Virus record (IMG/VR): IMGVR_UViG_3300015610_000633
Span: 1 to 64,000 of that record
Origin: a virus
Lineage: Duplodnaviria > Caudoviricetes
DNA: 64,000 bases
Strand: one strand, 5' to 3'
The notes beneath the pieces are model-generated. The model did no database searches, was not told the origin of the DNA, and saw only the letters and a list, made by a program, of their open reading frames with translations. This document shows positions 18,203 to 27,663 of this stretch, piece by piece (within the stretch, counting starts at the first letter, position 1; each line of letters opens with the position of its first letter). The position numbers and the translations under genes were made by a program.

Positions 18203-19359
18203 GACACACCTAACTTTTCAATACGTCGGGTTGAGATTTGAAGCGTCAAGTGACCACCCGCGTTAGGCTTTAGCTTGAAAAACATTTCAACATTGTTTTC
18301 AAGCTCCAATCGGCCCCATGGTTCATCAGCAAGCTTCTTCGCTTCTTTGGGTGTGTCACCTTTCTTTGCAGGTGTAGCGAATAGCTTCACGGTCTTATTG
18401 CCAGTGATAGACGCGATCGTGATTACGTCTTTCTTTGATGTGCCAGTTGTAGCGGGTGCACCTTTGCCCGCTGCGCCGCTCTTCGCGGTAGCCTTTGAAA
18501 CATCTTTCTTTCGGCCTTCTTTGACCGGTGCCGCTTTGCCTTCTTTCTTGTTCTTCTCTTTGGTGGCGTCTACCTGTTTTTGAAGTTGACGCTTAGAAGC
18601 AGTTTCGGCGATCGCGAGAAGTTGCGCTTGATCCTCGGGTGGTACCTGCAACAGCAACCCAAGCTTCGAAGGTCCAAACTTCATCACCTGTTCTTCATTG
18701 AATGCCCTCGCGATATCCATCAGGTTGTAGGCATGTGCAGGGCTAATCTTCAGTTCGTTTTCACAGAACGCGTTGAAGCTGCTGTACAGTGATTTACCTT
18801 CGGCGTCTGTTCGTAGTTTCCACAACGCCTTCGTGTGGTTCTCTGCGATCAACTTGCCGATAGTCCAATGCGACTTTGCAGCGTTACCTTTCGCTTCTTG
18901 TATGGCTGCGACCGATTGATCAAGATCTGCGATGGTACCTTGGGGGATGATTTCGGCGTCGTGAATGGCCCCCCCTTTCTTCGGTTTGCTCATTGTGGCC
19001 GGTGATACCTTCGCGAGTGCTGTCGTCGTTTCTGGTGTAACTGGCGCCTTCTTCTTGCCCTTCGGTTTAGCTTCGGGCTTGTCTTGTTTGGGTTCGGGTG
19101 TTTTCACGGTTACGCCTTCGGGTGGTTGATCGGACATTCCACAATAAGGGCACTCATCGAATGAGATACTTGAAACGCCTTCGCAACCATCGCACTTCAC
19201 AAGTTCATCGGAAGGCTTAGTAGCGAAATAATCACTAAGGTTTTTGATGTTTTGCGCCAAGTCAGCGGTCACTTCAATACCGACCTTTTCAAGCGCTTGA
19301 TTGATTAGTTCGGGCTTCACCTTGCTTAGTTGAACACCTGCTACCGTTTTGCTTGCCAT
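18199..19359 (-). CDS. Basic Lys/Ala-rich DNA-binding protein (Zn ribbon plus DUF3102-like helical domain)
   Basis: CDGC..CPYC; HWTIGKLI...SFNAFCENELKISPAHAYNLMDIA; many K/A-rich stretches. Confidence 0.55.
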   Translation of the reverse strand: MASKTVAGVQLSKVKPELINQALEKVGIEVTADLAQNIKNLSDYFATKPSDELVKCDGCEGVSSISFDECPYCGMSDQPPEGVTVKTPEPKQDKPEAKPKGKKKAPVTPETTTALAKVSPATMSKPKKGGAIHDAEIIPQGTIADLDQSVAAIQEAKGNAAKSHWTIGKLIAENHTKALWKLRTDAEGKSLYSSFNAFCENELKISPAHAYNLMDIARAFNEEQVMKFGPSKLGLLLQVPPEDQAQLLAIAETASKRQLQKQVDATKEKNKKEGKAAPVKEGRKKDVSKATAKSGAAGKGAPATTGTSKKDVITIASITGNKTVKLFATPAKKGDTPKEAKKLADEPWGRLELENNVEMFFKLKPNAGGHLTLQISTRRIEKLGVS

Positions 19360-19380
19360 TGGTTTTTGCTCCTGACTCCG

Positions 19381-19390
19381 ATTATGCAGC
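19381..19390 (-). promoter_or_regulatory. GCTGCATWAT promoter motif
   Basis: Overlaps the Ala-Ala-stop of the sigma gene. Confidence 0.65.
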
Positions 19391-20008
19391 GAACGATATC
19401 GCCGCTTGTTGTTTCATGACTCCGAAGATCGCCCTCGTAAGTCTTCGCGCGTCTGCAAGTGTGTTGAGCCGAAACTTTGCGCGAAGTTCAGCCGTTAGAA
19501 ACACACTCTCGCTTGTTGCTTCAAGATCACCTTGTGAGTCGATGATCGCCACTGCTACCAGTTGCCCGCCCGCTGTCGGCATGCGTTGCGCTAGTCTTCG
19601 CAATGCAACGCGGTCTTCTTGTGTCGGTGCATACACCTGCGATGAACACCACTTCGTTGTGGTAGGGTCGCAAGACACGGCAACACGTGAAGCATTGCTA
19701 TCAGCGAACCGATGTTGATTCGCTTCACGATAACAGTGGATTCGCTTCTTTGCCTTGTCTGTTGCGTTGTAGATCAAGAAATCACCGAGTGTTACACCGC
19801 GCGTTGCATCAAACAACGGAACGAACTGAACGACGGCACAACAGAGATCTTGAACTACATCTTCAACTTCGACCGGTGCGCGCCACCTTCGAAGCAATGA
19901 CTTAGCGATATTTGACCAATCGTGCAACGTCGCACGTATGAACTGCTCAACCGTGATCTCTTTGGCCTGAAGTTTTGCCGCTTCTTTTTTGATTTTCATG
20001 TCAATCAC
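19382..20008 (-). CDS. Phage sigma-70-family (ECF-like) RNA polymerase sigma factor
   Basis: VEDVVQDLCCAVVQFVPLFDATRGVTLGDFLIYNA resembles sigma region 2. Confidence 0.7.
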   Translation of the reverse strand: MIDMKIKKEAAKLQAKEITVEQFIRATLHDWSNIAKSLLRRWRAPVEVEDVVQDLCCAVVQFVPLFDATRGVTLGDFLIYNATDKAKKRIHCYREANQHRFADSNASRVAVSCDPTTTKWCSSQVYAPTQEDRVALRRLAQRMPTAGGQLVAVAIIDSQGDLEATSESVFLTAELRAKFRLNTLADARRLTRAIFGVMKQQAAISFAA

Positions 20009-20016
20009 CCTTTGCG

Positions 20017-20036
20017 ACGTCTAACCGGGTAGACGT
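20017..20036. repeat. 20-bp palindrome copy 5
   Basis: Exact match; upstream of the sigma factor gene. Confidence 0.97.
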
Positions 20037-20083
20037 CAAAGAACCCAACCACTACCCCGCAAACTACGCTATGTCAAACGAAC

Positions 20084-22108
20084 TCAGTACACTTCACCAT
20101 CCACCGATGAACCCGACATCAACCCACTATCGATCAAGAACTGCGAAGGCGGTAGCTCTCGAATAGCGGCACCTTGAACCACGGTGCGAACGTATGAGCA
20201 GCGCAGGTTGTCTCTTGCTCGGGTCATGGCCACATACGCAAGCCTTCGCTCTTCTTCAAGATCTCCACGTGCATGCGGCAAGATGCCTTCGTTCATGCCG
20301 ACAACCCAAACGTTAGGCCATTCCAGGCCCTTCGATCGGTGCACCGACATCAACAACACCCGGTTACCACCCGCTTGCGCATCACGGCGTTGCTTCTTTG
20401 ATTCGTCAATGTTCTTGTCAATATATTTCAAGAACTCACCGACCGAACTGAACCTTGAAGCAACACGAATCAACTCGCGAACATTGCTTACCGGGTTGTT
20501 GTGCAAGCCTTCTGAACCTTCTTCTTTCTCAAGCCATTCTTGGTATCCCGTGACTTGAAGTATGTGCTTCAACACTTGCTCGGGTAGGTGTGGCGCACAT
20601 GGATCGTCTGACTCAGTAGGGGGATTGTTGATGAGTTCACGCAAGTAACCCATTAGTTCAGACCATTGCACCGCTGAACTTCGTTGACGTTGTTGAATGC
20701 CCGCTTGTTCGGCTACACGAAACACCAACGTGGGCCAATCAATCGCTTTGTTACCCGCTGCTAGTATTTGCAAGCGGTCAACAAACTTTGCACCGAGGTA
20801 TCGAAACGGTGCGTTGATACAGCGTCGAACGTTTTCACCCGTCTCGTCACGACCCGAAGCAACTCGAAGATATCCGAGCAAGTCTCTCACTTCTTTGCGC
20901 TCGTAGAAACTTGAACCACCAACTACCACGTAAGGCACCTTTGCAGACAACAACGCTTCTTCAACAGCTCGTGATTGTGCGTTGGTGCGAAATAGACATG
21001 TGTAATCACTGTACTGATTAGAACCGGTTTCTACACCTTCAATAACCCATGCCGTGAACTTGCGCGCTTCATCATCAAGATCTTCGGCAAACACCGCATG
21101 TGAAGTACCTTCAACACCGCGCATCGGTTGCATGTCGGTTTCGAGTCGCGTTACTGCTTTACGTATGACGTTGTTTGCAGCGCGTACAACCGAATCGGTT
21201 GATCGATAGTTCTTGTTCATCACCACGCGTTCAGCCTGCCATTCTTCAACGAATGCCATTATGTGATCGGGTGATGAACCTCGAAACCCATAGATCGATT
21301 GCGCAGGATCACCGACGATCAAATAGTTACGGTGATCTTGTGCCAACAACTTAGCGATCGTGATCTGCGCCTCGTTAGCGTCTTGCGCCTCGTCTTGAAG
21401 CAAGAAATCCCATCGTGAAGCCCAACGTGAACGCGCGTCTTCATTGCGCGAAAGATGACGCCACACCACCACTAGAAAATCATCAAACGTCAACAACTGC
21501 TCTGACTGCATAGCGCGTTCATAAAGCTCGTATGCAGTGGCGGCAAGCCTGCCATGACGAGTACCAAACCAGTCGTTAGCCAGTGCTTTAGCTTCGGCGG
21601 TGTTGGCTTCAATGAGTTCAGCTTTAGCCCACGAAACGAACGACATGAGTTCGTTCAAGTCGGCGTCATGCCAGTTCATCGCCTTGTACCCGATCACGCC
21701 CTTCATGACGTATTTAGCTTTATTAGACTCGTCAATCGTCCAACGTGATTCGGGTAGTTGATCTTCTTTGATTATTTGAAGGCACAACGAATGCCATGTA
21801 CCGATGCGAGCATCAACACCGAGCTGTGCGGCCCGGTCGCTCATTTCGTCGGCTGCTTTTTTGCTGAACGTAACAGCAAGAATCTTGTCGGGTGTTGTTT
21901 CACCCGTTTCAATCAACCGAACAAGGCGATGAACGAGAGCACGGGTTTTGCCGCTACCGGCTTGCGCTAGGACCGCGATCGGCCCCCTCGTGTGTTCAAT
22001 AGCCTGAACCTGTTCGGCGTTCATATTACGAAGCCATACGGGCGTTGAATCGATGTTGGCGTTGATGCTTCGGTTGAGTCGTGTTCGCATTGTCGTTAGT
22101 CCCGCCAT
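20084..22108 (-). CDS. uvrD: UvrD/PcrA superfamily 1 helicase
   Basis: AQAGSGKT, TFSKKAA, DEAQD, VGDPAQSIYGFRG, NYRS, RTNAQ, HRSKGLEW, EERRLAYVAMTRA. Confidence 0.95.
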   Translation of the reverse strand: MAGLTTMRTRLNRSINANIDSTPVWLRNMNAEQVQAIEHTRGPIAVLAQAGSGKTRALVHRLVRLIETGETTPDKILAVTFSKKAADEMSDRAAQLGVDARIGTWHSLCLQIIKEDQLPESRWTIDESNKAKYVMKGVIGYKAMNWHDADLNELMSFVSWAKAELIEANTAEAKALANDWFGTRHGRLAATAYELYERAMQSEQLLTFDDFLVVVWRHLSRNEDARSRWASRWDFLLQDEAQDANEAQITIAKLLAQDHRNYLIVGDPAQSIYGFRGSSPDHIMAFVEEWQAERVVMNKNYRSTDSVVRAANNVIRKAVTRLETDMQPMRGVEGTSHAVFAEDLDDEARKFTAWVIEGVETGSNQYSDYTCLFRTNAQSRAVEEALLSAKVPYVVVGGSSFYERKEVRDLLGYLRVASGRDETGENVRRCINAPFRYLGAKFVDRLQILAAGNKAIDWPTLVFRVAEQAGIQQRQRSSAVQWSELMGYLRELINNPPTESDDPCAPHLPEQVLKHILQVTGYQEWLEKEEGSEGLHNNPVSNVRELIRVASRFSSVGEFLKYIDKNIDESKKQRRDAQAGGNRVLLMSVHRSKGLEWPNVWVVGMNEGILPHARGDLEEERRLAYVAMTRARDNLRCSYVRTVVQGAAIRELPPSQFLIDSGLMSGSSVDGEVY

Positions 22109-22113
22109 CAGGT

Positions 22114-22145
22114 GAAAGTGAAACCCGCCCCCTAAGCGGGGCGGG
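22114..22145 (-). terminator. Rho-independent terminator
   Basis: 8-bp GC stem CCCGCCCC/GGGGCGGG with a 6-nt loop, followed by TTTCACTTTC on the minus strand. Confidence 0.7.
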
Positions 22146-22156
22146 CTAAAGAATGA

Positions 22157-22402
22157 TCAAACAACTCGCCAGTATTGTTCATTGAACTCAGCCGTTCTTA
22201 CACACTGGCGCTTTACAAGTTCGGCGAGTTCTGCGATCTTCTCGCGCTCTTCAGTCTTATAGGAGTGATCAAGCTTCAAATAAAAAGCACCGCTTGAAAT
22301 CGTAGCGCGTACCCAAAAAATAGGGGTTGCGCCGTTCACTGTGTGAACCGTCATCATTTCAACGCTTGTTGTTACTTCGAAGTTCTCTGAGAATGCGATC
22401 AT
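22157..22402 (-). CDS. Small hypothetical protein in its own transcription unit
   Basis: Lies between a sigma70-type promoter and a terminator. Confidence 0.6.
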   Translation of the reverse strand: MIAFSENFEVTTSVEMMTVHTVNGATPIFWVRATISSGAFYLKLDHSYKTEEREKIAELAELVKRQCVRTAEFNEQYWRVV

Positions 22403-22456
22403 TTGCTTGTCTTTCTACCGGGCCATCCCGGTGTTGAGTTCGTTGTTACGAGTAGG

Positions 22457-22485
22457 GTTATGCAGTCAAAACGACTTACCGTCAA
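22457..22485 (-). promoter_or_regulatory. Sigma70-type promoter TTGACG-N17-CATAAC with upstream A-tracts (UP-element-like)
   Basis: -35 at 22480..22485, -10 at 22457..22462, exact 17-bp spacer; A-runs near 22490-22517. Confidence 0.7.
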
Positions 22486-22516
22486 GATCTTTTTTTGAGG
22501 CTATGTCGTTTTTTTT

Positions 22517-22876
22517 TCAACCGCTGGTTTTCACGTCTACCCGGTTAGACGTATCACCGAAACGGCGGTGATACTCTTCGACCGAAAGAAACCCGTGTTG
22601 TTTCACCGGGTGATCTTTACGGTGCACTTCGGCGTAACGTTGTCTGCACTTGGCTAGGTTCTTCAGTGTATGCGGGTGAGTTCCGAACTCGAAACAACCG
22701 ATCCCGAACTTCTTACGCTCTTTGAACCACTTGTTGCGACATACCCCCAACGCTTTAGCCTGCTGTCTACCGTTCGGATATTTCTCGATGAACTCGTTCA
22801 TCGCTTGCTTGTCTTGCAACAACTTCGCTAGCAACTCGCATTCATCAAGCGGCGTATGTTTTCGCTTAGTAGCCAT
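22517..22876 (-). CDS. Small basic protein with an HTH-like segment
   Basis: GRQQAKALGVCRNKWFKERKKFG resembles a helix-turn-helix; contains a palindrome copy near its 3' end. Confidence 0.5.
   Translation of the reverse strand: MATKRKHTPLDECELLAKLLQDKQAMNEFIEKYPNGRQQAKALGVCRNKWFKERKKFGIGCFEFGTHPHTLKNLAKCRQRYAEVHRKDHPVKQHGFLSVEEYHRRFGDTSNRVDVKTSG
22533..22552. repeat. 20-bp palindrome copy 6 (intragenic)
   Basis: Exact match; TSNRVDV at the C-terminus of the HTH-like ORF. Confidence 0.97.
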
Positions 22877-23805
22877 GCCATCCCATCACGATCACCCATC
22901 AAGTACGCGTTCCAATCTTCGAAACCCGATGGTGGTGTTAGTCTTACCAAGTTCATCGATCGCGCAAGTGATCCCTGCAACTTTTCAGCAGCTAGATCAC
23001 CCGCATAGTCAGGATCGGTAAGTATCAAACCCGTGTGAAAGTTGTTCGTGATCTTCATGATGTGAATCGGTGTAACATCTGAACCCATTAGCGAAGCTAT
23101 GGGAAGTGTCGGCAACACTTCGCGAACTGACAACCCGTTCAATGCACCTTCTGTGATCGCTACAATACCGCGTATGCGCTCGGGTTCATTCCAAAGATGT
23201 TCACCGAAAATCGCGTTCTTGTCTGCCCGTTCGTCTTCTTTGGGTTCAAGGTATCGCTTTTCGTGGTTCACATATGAACGCGCCGTATACGATACAAGCG
23301 CACCATTCGCGTTATACACGGGGATCACTACTCTACCATCACATCGGCCCGATACAGCGTAACCGAGTCGATAGCGGTCAACCTGCGAAGCTATACACCT
23401 GTTCATCAGGTAGCGCTTCGGTGGTGATATCCACTCAGCAAACGGAACTTGAACAACACCTGCGGGTAGCTTGAACTTCGATTGCTTCGGGGCGTTCACT
23501 TGCCATTGAACACTAACAACCGGGGTTGCGTGCTCTGATAGGTTCTCAACCCAATGTCTAGCCGAAGCATAGCTCAACCCGACAACCGCTTGAACAAGCT
23601 CAATAGGACCACCGCCCCAATGACACCCGAAGCAGGTATGAAGCCCGTGCTTATCCGAACCGGGTTGATCTTTGATTGACCACGAAGGCGAGCGATCAAC
23701 GTGGTTGCCTGATGGGCAAATAGCCCACCATTCACCCCGATGATTTACCTTTGCTTCAATGTACAACGATCGAAGCAATGCAGGTACATCAACCCGTTTC
23801 TTCAT
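22828..23805 (-). CDS. dnaG: DNA primase (Zn finger plus TOPRIM)
   Basis: CPSGNH.D..PS...CFGC Zn finger; ITEGALNG, DPDYAG TOPRIM; GRVVIP-like motif. Confidence 0.88.
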   Translation of the reverse strand: MKKRVDVPALLRSLYIEAKVNHRGEWWAICPSGNHVDRSPSWSIKDQPGSDKHGLHTCFGCHWGGGPIELVQAVVGLSYASARHWVENLSEHATPVVSVQWQVNAPKQSKFKLPAGVVQVPFAEWISPPKRYLMNRCIASQVDRYRLGYAVSGRCDGRVVIPVYNANGALVSYTARSYVNHEKRYLEPKEDERADKNAIFGEHLWNEPERIRGIVAITEGALNGLSVREVLPTLPIASLMGSDVTPIHIMKITNNFHTGLILTDPDYAGDLAAEKLQGSLARSMNLVRLTPPSGFEDWNAYLMGDRDGMAWLLSENIRRLMNASC

Positions 23806-24007
23806 GCTGTCGATGTTGTTCGACCCTTGCGATTTCATCGTAACGATCTTTCACTTTTTGCGGGCAGCATTCACGATGCCAACCCAAGATCCGATTCGAC
23901 TCAGCAACACCACAATAAAGCTCTGATTCACACAAGTACACTGAACCTTCACCGAGTGACTTACGGCAAACTGAACAATGAGTTGCAATCCACACTTGCA
24001 TAGTCAC
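23789..24007 (-). CDS. Small Zn-finger protein
   Basis: CSVC...C..HREC; overlaps the helicase stop and the primase start. Confidence 0.5.
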   Translation of the reverse strand: MTMQVWIATHCSVCRKSLGEGSVYLCESELYCGVAESNRILGWHRECCPQKVKDRYDEIARVEQHRQHEETG

Positions 24008-25521
24008 CTCTTACCACGTGGACGCCGATCCATGTTCGGGTTGCGCTGCTTCATCGCATCACGTTTAGAACCCAAAAAATCATCAACCGGTGCATCATGT
24101 TCACTAGACTCTTCAAGCAACGCTCGATTGTACTCGATTGATCGCCCGTTCGATATCACCCCAATATCGGGTTCACTGTCGAACTCAACAGCTAGCGGCC
24201 ATTTACCCCAACGCTGCTTCAACACCAGTATTTGAAGCGTCGTATCTGGTACAGGTGCCCACAATGCAGGTCTATGAACTCCAAGTATTGTATCAGCGAT
24301 CTCAGTCCACGCCGAAGAGCCTTTCATACCTTCACGGGTCGGTCGCTTGTCTGCCCGCTGCTCAACATCTTTCAACCTTATTTGATGGCAAACGATCGCA
24401 TGGCAATGTGTTTGTTGCATGATCGCCTGAAACCTAAACAATGCGGTTTCTTCTTGCTCCGGATCTTTCTGAACGAATGCACGTTGAAGCAAGTCAGCAA
24501 CAAATATATCAGCGCCGGTGTCTTCAATGTATTGATGAATCTTGTCAAGGTTATCATCGTTCGTTTGACGGCGTTCACCCCTTACACGTTGAAAGGGGTT
24601 TTGCATAAACTTCACGTATTCACTTATTGCCAGTTGTCGCGCTCTCAACTGTTCGATCTCTTCATCGGTTACGTTACCCAACGAAACCTTGGTTCTATTC
24701 AATCGAAGCGACATACTAGCCATGAGTTCGAGCATAGGCCCCGATTGTGTTTCCCATGCTCCAAACAACACGCGCTTACGTTGTTTCGTTTCAAGAAAAT
24801 GTTTGTGATAATCGCGAGCAATACCAAGAATCATTTGAGCTAGAAATGTAGTTTTTCCCGACCCGCTTAGACCTGTGATGATCGTAACCTGTTCAGGTTT
24901 CGCACCGGGTACCATACGCGCCGAACCATCTTCGTATTTGTCTAGCGATGGTATGCCGTACGTATAGACAGCAAACCCCGCTCTACGGCTTTTCAAATCT
25001 TCTATTTGCTCGTGAACGAGTGCTTCACTATCCCGAAGAAACGATCGCCCTTCATACCCGTCAAATGTACCACCGATCGCCTTCGCTAGTGCCTTCACGC
25101 GTTCGGGTGACTCTTTGGGGTTCTTGATCGCATCAAGAAACAACGCTACCGGTCCGGTGATACTCGAAGCCCTCGCCTTATCCCATAGCAACGTCTTCAC
25201 GTGGTGATCTAGGTTCACTGGCACATCAGGGCGAGCTTCGTGCAACTGCGACAAATAACCAACGTCTAGCCCCGGTGTTAGCGTCTGCAGTGTTGCGAAA
25301 TCAAACCCTAGTTGTTTGCGTTCGAGTTCTTGAAACGTTGACCATGCTTGTTGATGTGAGGCAGTTTGAAACACATCGATCGGCATGCGTACCAATCGCC
25401 TGCGAACCTCGTCATCGGCCATTGCAGCGGCGATCACAACCTGTTCATTGGCTACGTCATGTTGAATAACCAGTTCAACCGCTTTGGTTTTCGACTCAGT
25501 GTTTGTAAACGGCGTTCTCAC
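24004..25521 (-). CDS. dnaB: DnaB-like (SF4) replicative helicase
   Basis: NEQVVIAA N-terminal domain, GLSGSGKT, FVADLLQ, CHQI, MKGSSAWTEIAD, KQRWG. Confidence 0.85.
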   Translation of the reverse strand: MRTPFTNTESKTKAVELVIQHDVANEQVVIAAAMADDEVRRRLVRMPIDVFQTASHQQAWSTFQELERKQLGFDFATLQTLTPGLDVGYLSQLHEARPDVPVNLDHHVKTLLWDKARASSITGPVALFLDAIKNPKESPERVKALAKAIGGTFDGYEGRSFLRDSEALVHEQIEDLKSRRAGFAVYTYGIPSLDKYEDGSARMVPGAKPEQVTIITGLSGSGKTTFLAQMILGIARDYHKHFLETKQRKRVLFGAWETQSGPMLELMASMSLRLNRTKVSLGNVTDEEIEQLRARQLAISEYVKFMQNPFQRVRGERRQTNDDNLDKIHQYIEDTGADIFVADLLQRAFVQKDPEQEETALFRFQAIMQQTHCHAIVCHQIRLKDVEQRADKRPTREGMKGSSAWTEIADTILGVHRPALWAPVPDTTLQILVLKQRWGKWPLAVEFDSEPDIGVISNGRSIEYNRALLEESSEHDAPVDDFLGSKRDAMKQRNPNMDRRPRGKR

Positions 25522-25743
25522 TTGCGATCCCTTTCAACTCACCACACACAACAACCCAGTATTCAACGAACTCACCGACATCAACGAAAGCTACTCGAAG
25601 CTTTGAAGGCCATTGCTTCACACACCAACACCACCACACAAACTGAACCCATCGCCACACCTGCCACCATTGCGCATCACATACCCTCACTAGTTGGTTG
25701 TAATGACCCGAACCAATGATCGCACCGTGAAGGGTAGGACGGT

Positions 25744-26160
25744 TCACAACTTTTCAGCCTCACGCACAATACTCAACTTGTAATCAGTAACGGCCCTTCG
25801 GCTGAACACTGAACGCCAGTCAGCACGAAAGGTACTTGGTGAACCTGTATCCCTTCGGTACTTCTCACGCGACTTTTCACGCGACCAAAACCACCGTATG
25901 AACACGATAAACTTGCTCATATCTTCGGCGAACTCTTCGCGTAGTATGCGCTTCGCTTGAACCCTTGCGATCGTGAAGTCTTTACCCGACTCTTCGGGAG
26001 TCGAAACACCATAAACGCGCTCATGACAAATGCAGTGAAGGATCATCACATGGTCAGGCGTTGCGGGTTGCCAGTTATCCGCCCGAAGCATGTCATTCAC
26101 TTCACTCTTCAAACGTTCAACTTTGGTTTGTGGTTTGGGTGGGTTTAGTGGGTGTCTCAT
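25744..26160 (-). CDS. Hypothetical protein upstream of the helicase (possible loader/initiator)
   Basis: Preceded by a promoter motif plus a palindrome; position only. Confidence 0.55.
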   Translation of the reverse strand: MRHPLNPPKPQTKVERLKSEVNDMLRADNWQPATPDHVMILHCICHERVYGVSTPEESGKDFTIARVQAKRILREEFAEDMSKFIVFIRWFWSREKSREKYRRDTGSPSTFRADWRSVFSRRAVTDYKLSIVREAEKL

Positions 26161-26175
26161 GCCTTGTCTCTTGTC

Positions 26176-26195
26176 ACGTCTAACCGGGTAGACGT
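26176..26195. repeat. 20-bp palindrome copy 7
   Basis: Exact match; 5 nt downstream of a promoter motif. Confidence 0.97.
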
Positions 26196-26200
26196 GAACC

Positions 26201-26210
26201 ATTATGCAGC
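26201..26210 (-). promoter_or_regulatory. GCTGCATWAT promoter motif
   Basis: Followed by palindrome copy 7. Confidence 0.65.
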
Positions 26211-26211
26211 G

Positions 26212-27657
26212 TCAAAGAGTGTCAAAAAAAGTAGGCTTGCGAGGTATGCGGTATTCATCGGGGTTCATAAGTCTACCATCAACCAACACCTTCACACGAT
26301 CACCGTACTTGTCGACAATACCTTTCAACACATACCGACCATATACGTGTTGATCCCAAAGATAATAAATCGTTGCGTGTGTCTTACCCGGTGACCCCCT
26401 GCATATTCTACCCCGCACTTGATTGAATAGTCGAAGGTTAGTACCAATAGGATCGGCAACAATCGCAACTTCAACCGTTGGTATATCGATCCCCGTTCCT
26501 ATTGATTCAACAGTGCCAACCCCGATTTCAATAGAACCATCGGTTAGCCCATCAATAGCCCTTTCACGTTCTACCTTGTTCTTGGCTTGCCCAATGGTCA
26601 ACCCCGTACGATACCCCCTCATTATCAACGAACGTTCAACCGATTTACAATGTTCAATACGTGAGAAGAACAACAACACTTGTTTACCCTTCACTGATTC
26701 AATCAATGAATAAACAACTTCATTGCGTTCATGATCGGTTACCATGGCAAGCGTTCGATTATATGATTCTTTCGCATCACAGGTGAACGCAGTAGGAACC
26801 ACAACCACGTTCACGGGTACAGTGCGCCCCGTTTGATCAACCGCTTCTTGTGATATCTCATAGCTAACCGATCCGAACTGGTCATAAATCAAACATTCAA
26901 GTTCATCGGGTCGGGTTTCATCGGCTGATAGCCCTATGCGATACTTTGCAGGAAACTTACTAACAACTTCGCGAAACGAACGAGCGGCAAACCGTTGAAC
27001 CTCGTCACATATCAACACACCATACTTGGCAACCATCCATTCGGGCACACCACTACGCGCAAGCGTTTGATCCATCGCGATCAATATGTCGGCTTCTTCT
27101 TTCTTACCACCACCATAAATACCAACTTGATCTTCATCCAAACCAAGTTCAGCGCGAAGGCGCCCCTTCCATTGGTCTTTCAAGCCATCAGTCCAAACCA
27201 ATACGAGCGAAGGTCGCTTGATGCGGCTTATCATGGCGATCGCTGCTGTCGTCTTACCTGACCCCGTAGGAGCACGAACAAGACAGTTCTGCGAACGCAT
27301 AGCCAACTGAACCGCTTCTTCTTGGAACCAATCCAACGATCTACCGGTATCGGGTATCCATTCTCGAAGCTCACCTTCAACCCTTCGATCGTCTATTTCA
27401 AAATCATTCACACCATGAGATCTGAGTATATTGCGAACCTTGCGAAACCCACCACGCGGCAAAGTCATAAAATCACCGTCATAACCATAGGTTGATATTG
27501 TAGCCGGTTCTTTTTGCGCGGCGTAGAACTTCTTCAAACGTATCAACTGCGTATGGTTTTGGTTCTTATAGGTAAACGCATATTCGATCTCACCGCGCGC
27601 CACTAGGGGTATGGCATTCACGGCGATCCTGACTTGACTGTCTAGAACTATTCGCAT
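26212..27657 (-). CDS. Superfamily 2 (DExD/H, UvsW/A18-like) helicase
   Basis: APTGSGKT, DEVQ, GLSAD, GTGIDIP, QVRGRICR; start placed at MRIVL. Confidence 0.88.
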   Translation of the reverse strand: MRIVLDSQVRIAVNAIPLVARGEIEYAFTYKNQNHTQLIRLKKFYAAQKEPATISTYGYDGDFMTLPRGGFRKVRNILRSHGVNDFEIDDRRVEGELREWIPDTGRSLDWFQEEAVQLAMRSQNCLVRAPTGSGKTTAAIAMISRIKRPSLVLVWTDGLKDQWKGRLRAELGLDEDQVGIYGGGKKEEADILIAMDQTLARSGVPEWMVAKYGVLICDEVQRFAARSFREVVSKFPAKYRIGLSADETRPDELECLIYDQFGSVSYEISQEAVDQTGRTVPVNVVVVPTAFTCDAKESYNRTLAMVTDHERNEVVYSLIESVKGKQVLLFFSRIEHCKSVERSLIMRGYRTGLTIGQAKNKVERERAIDGLTDGSIEIGVGTVESIGTGIDIPTVEVAIVADPIGTNLRLFNQVRGRICRGSPGKTHATIYYLWDQHVYGRYVLKGIVDKYGDRVKVLVDGRLMNPDEYRIPRKPTFFDTL

Positions 27658-27663
27658 GCCTGC

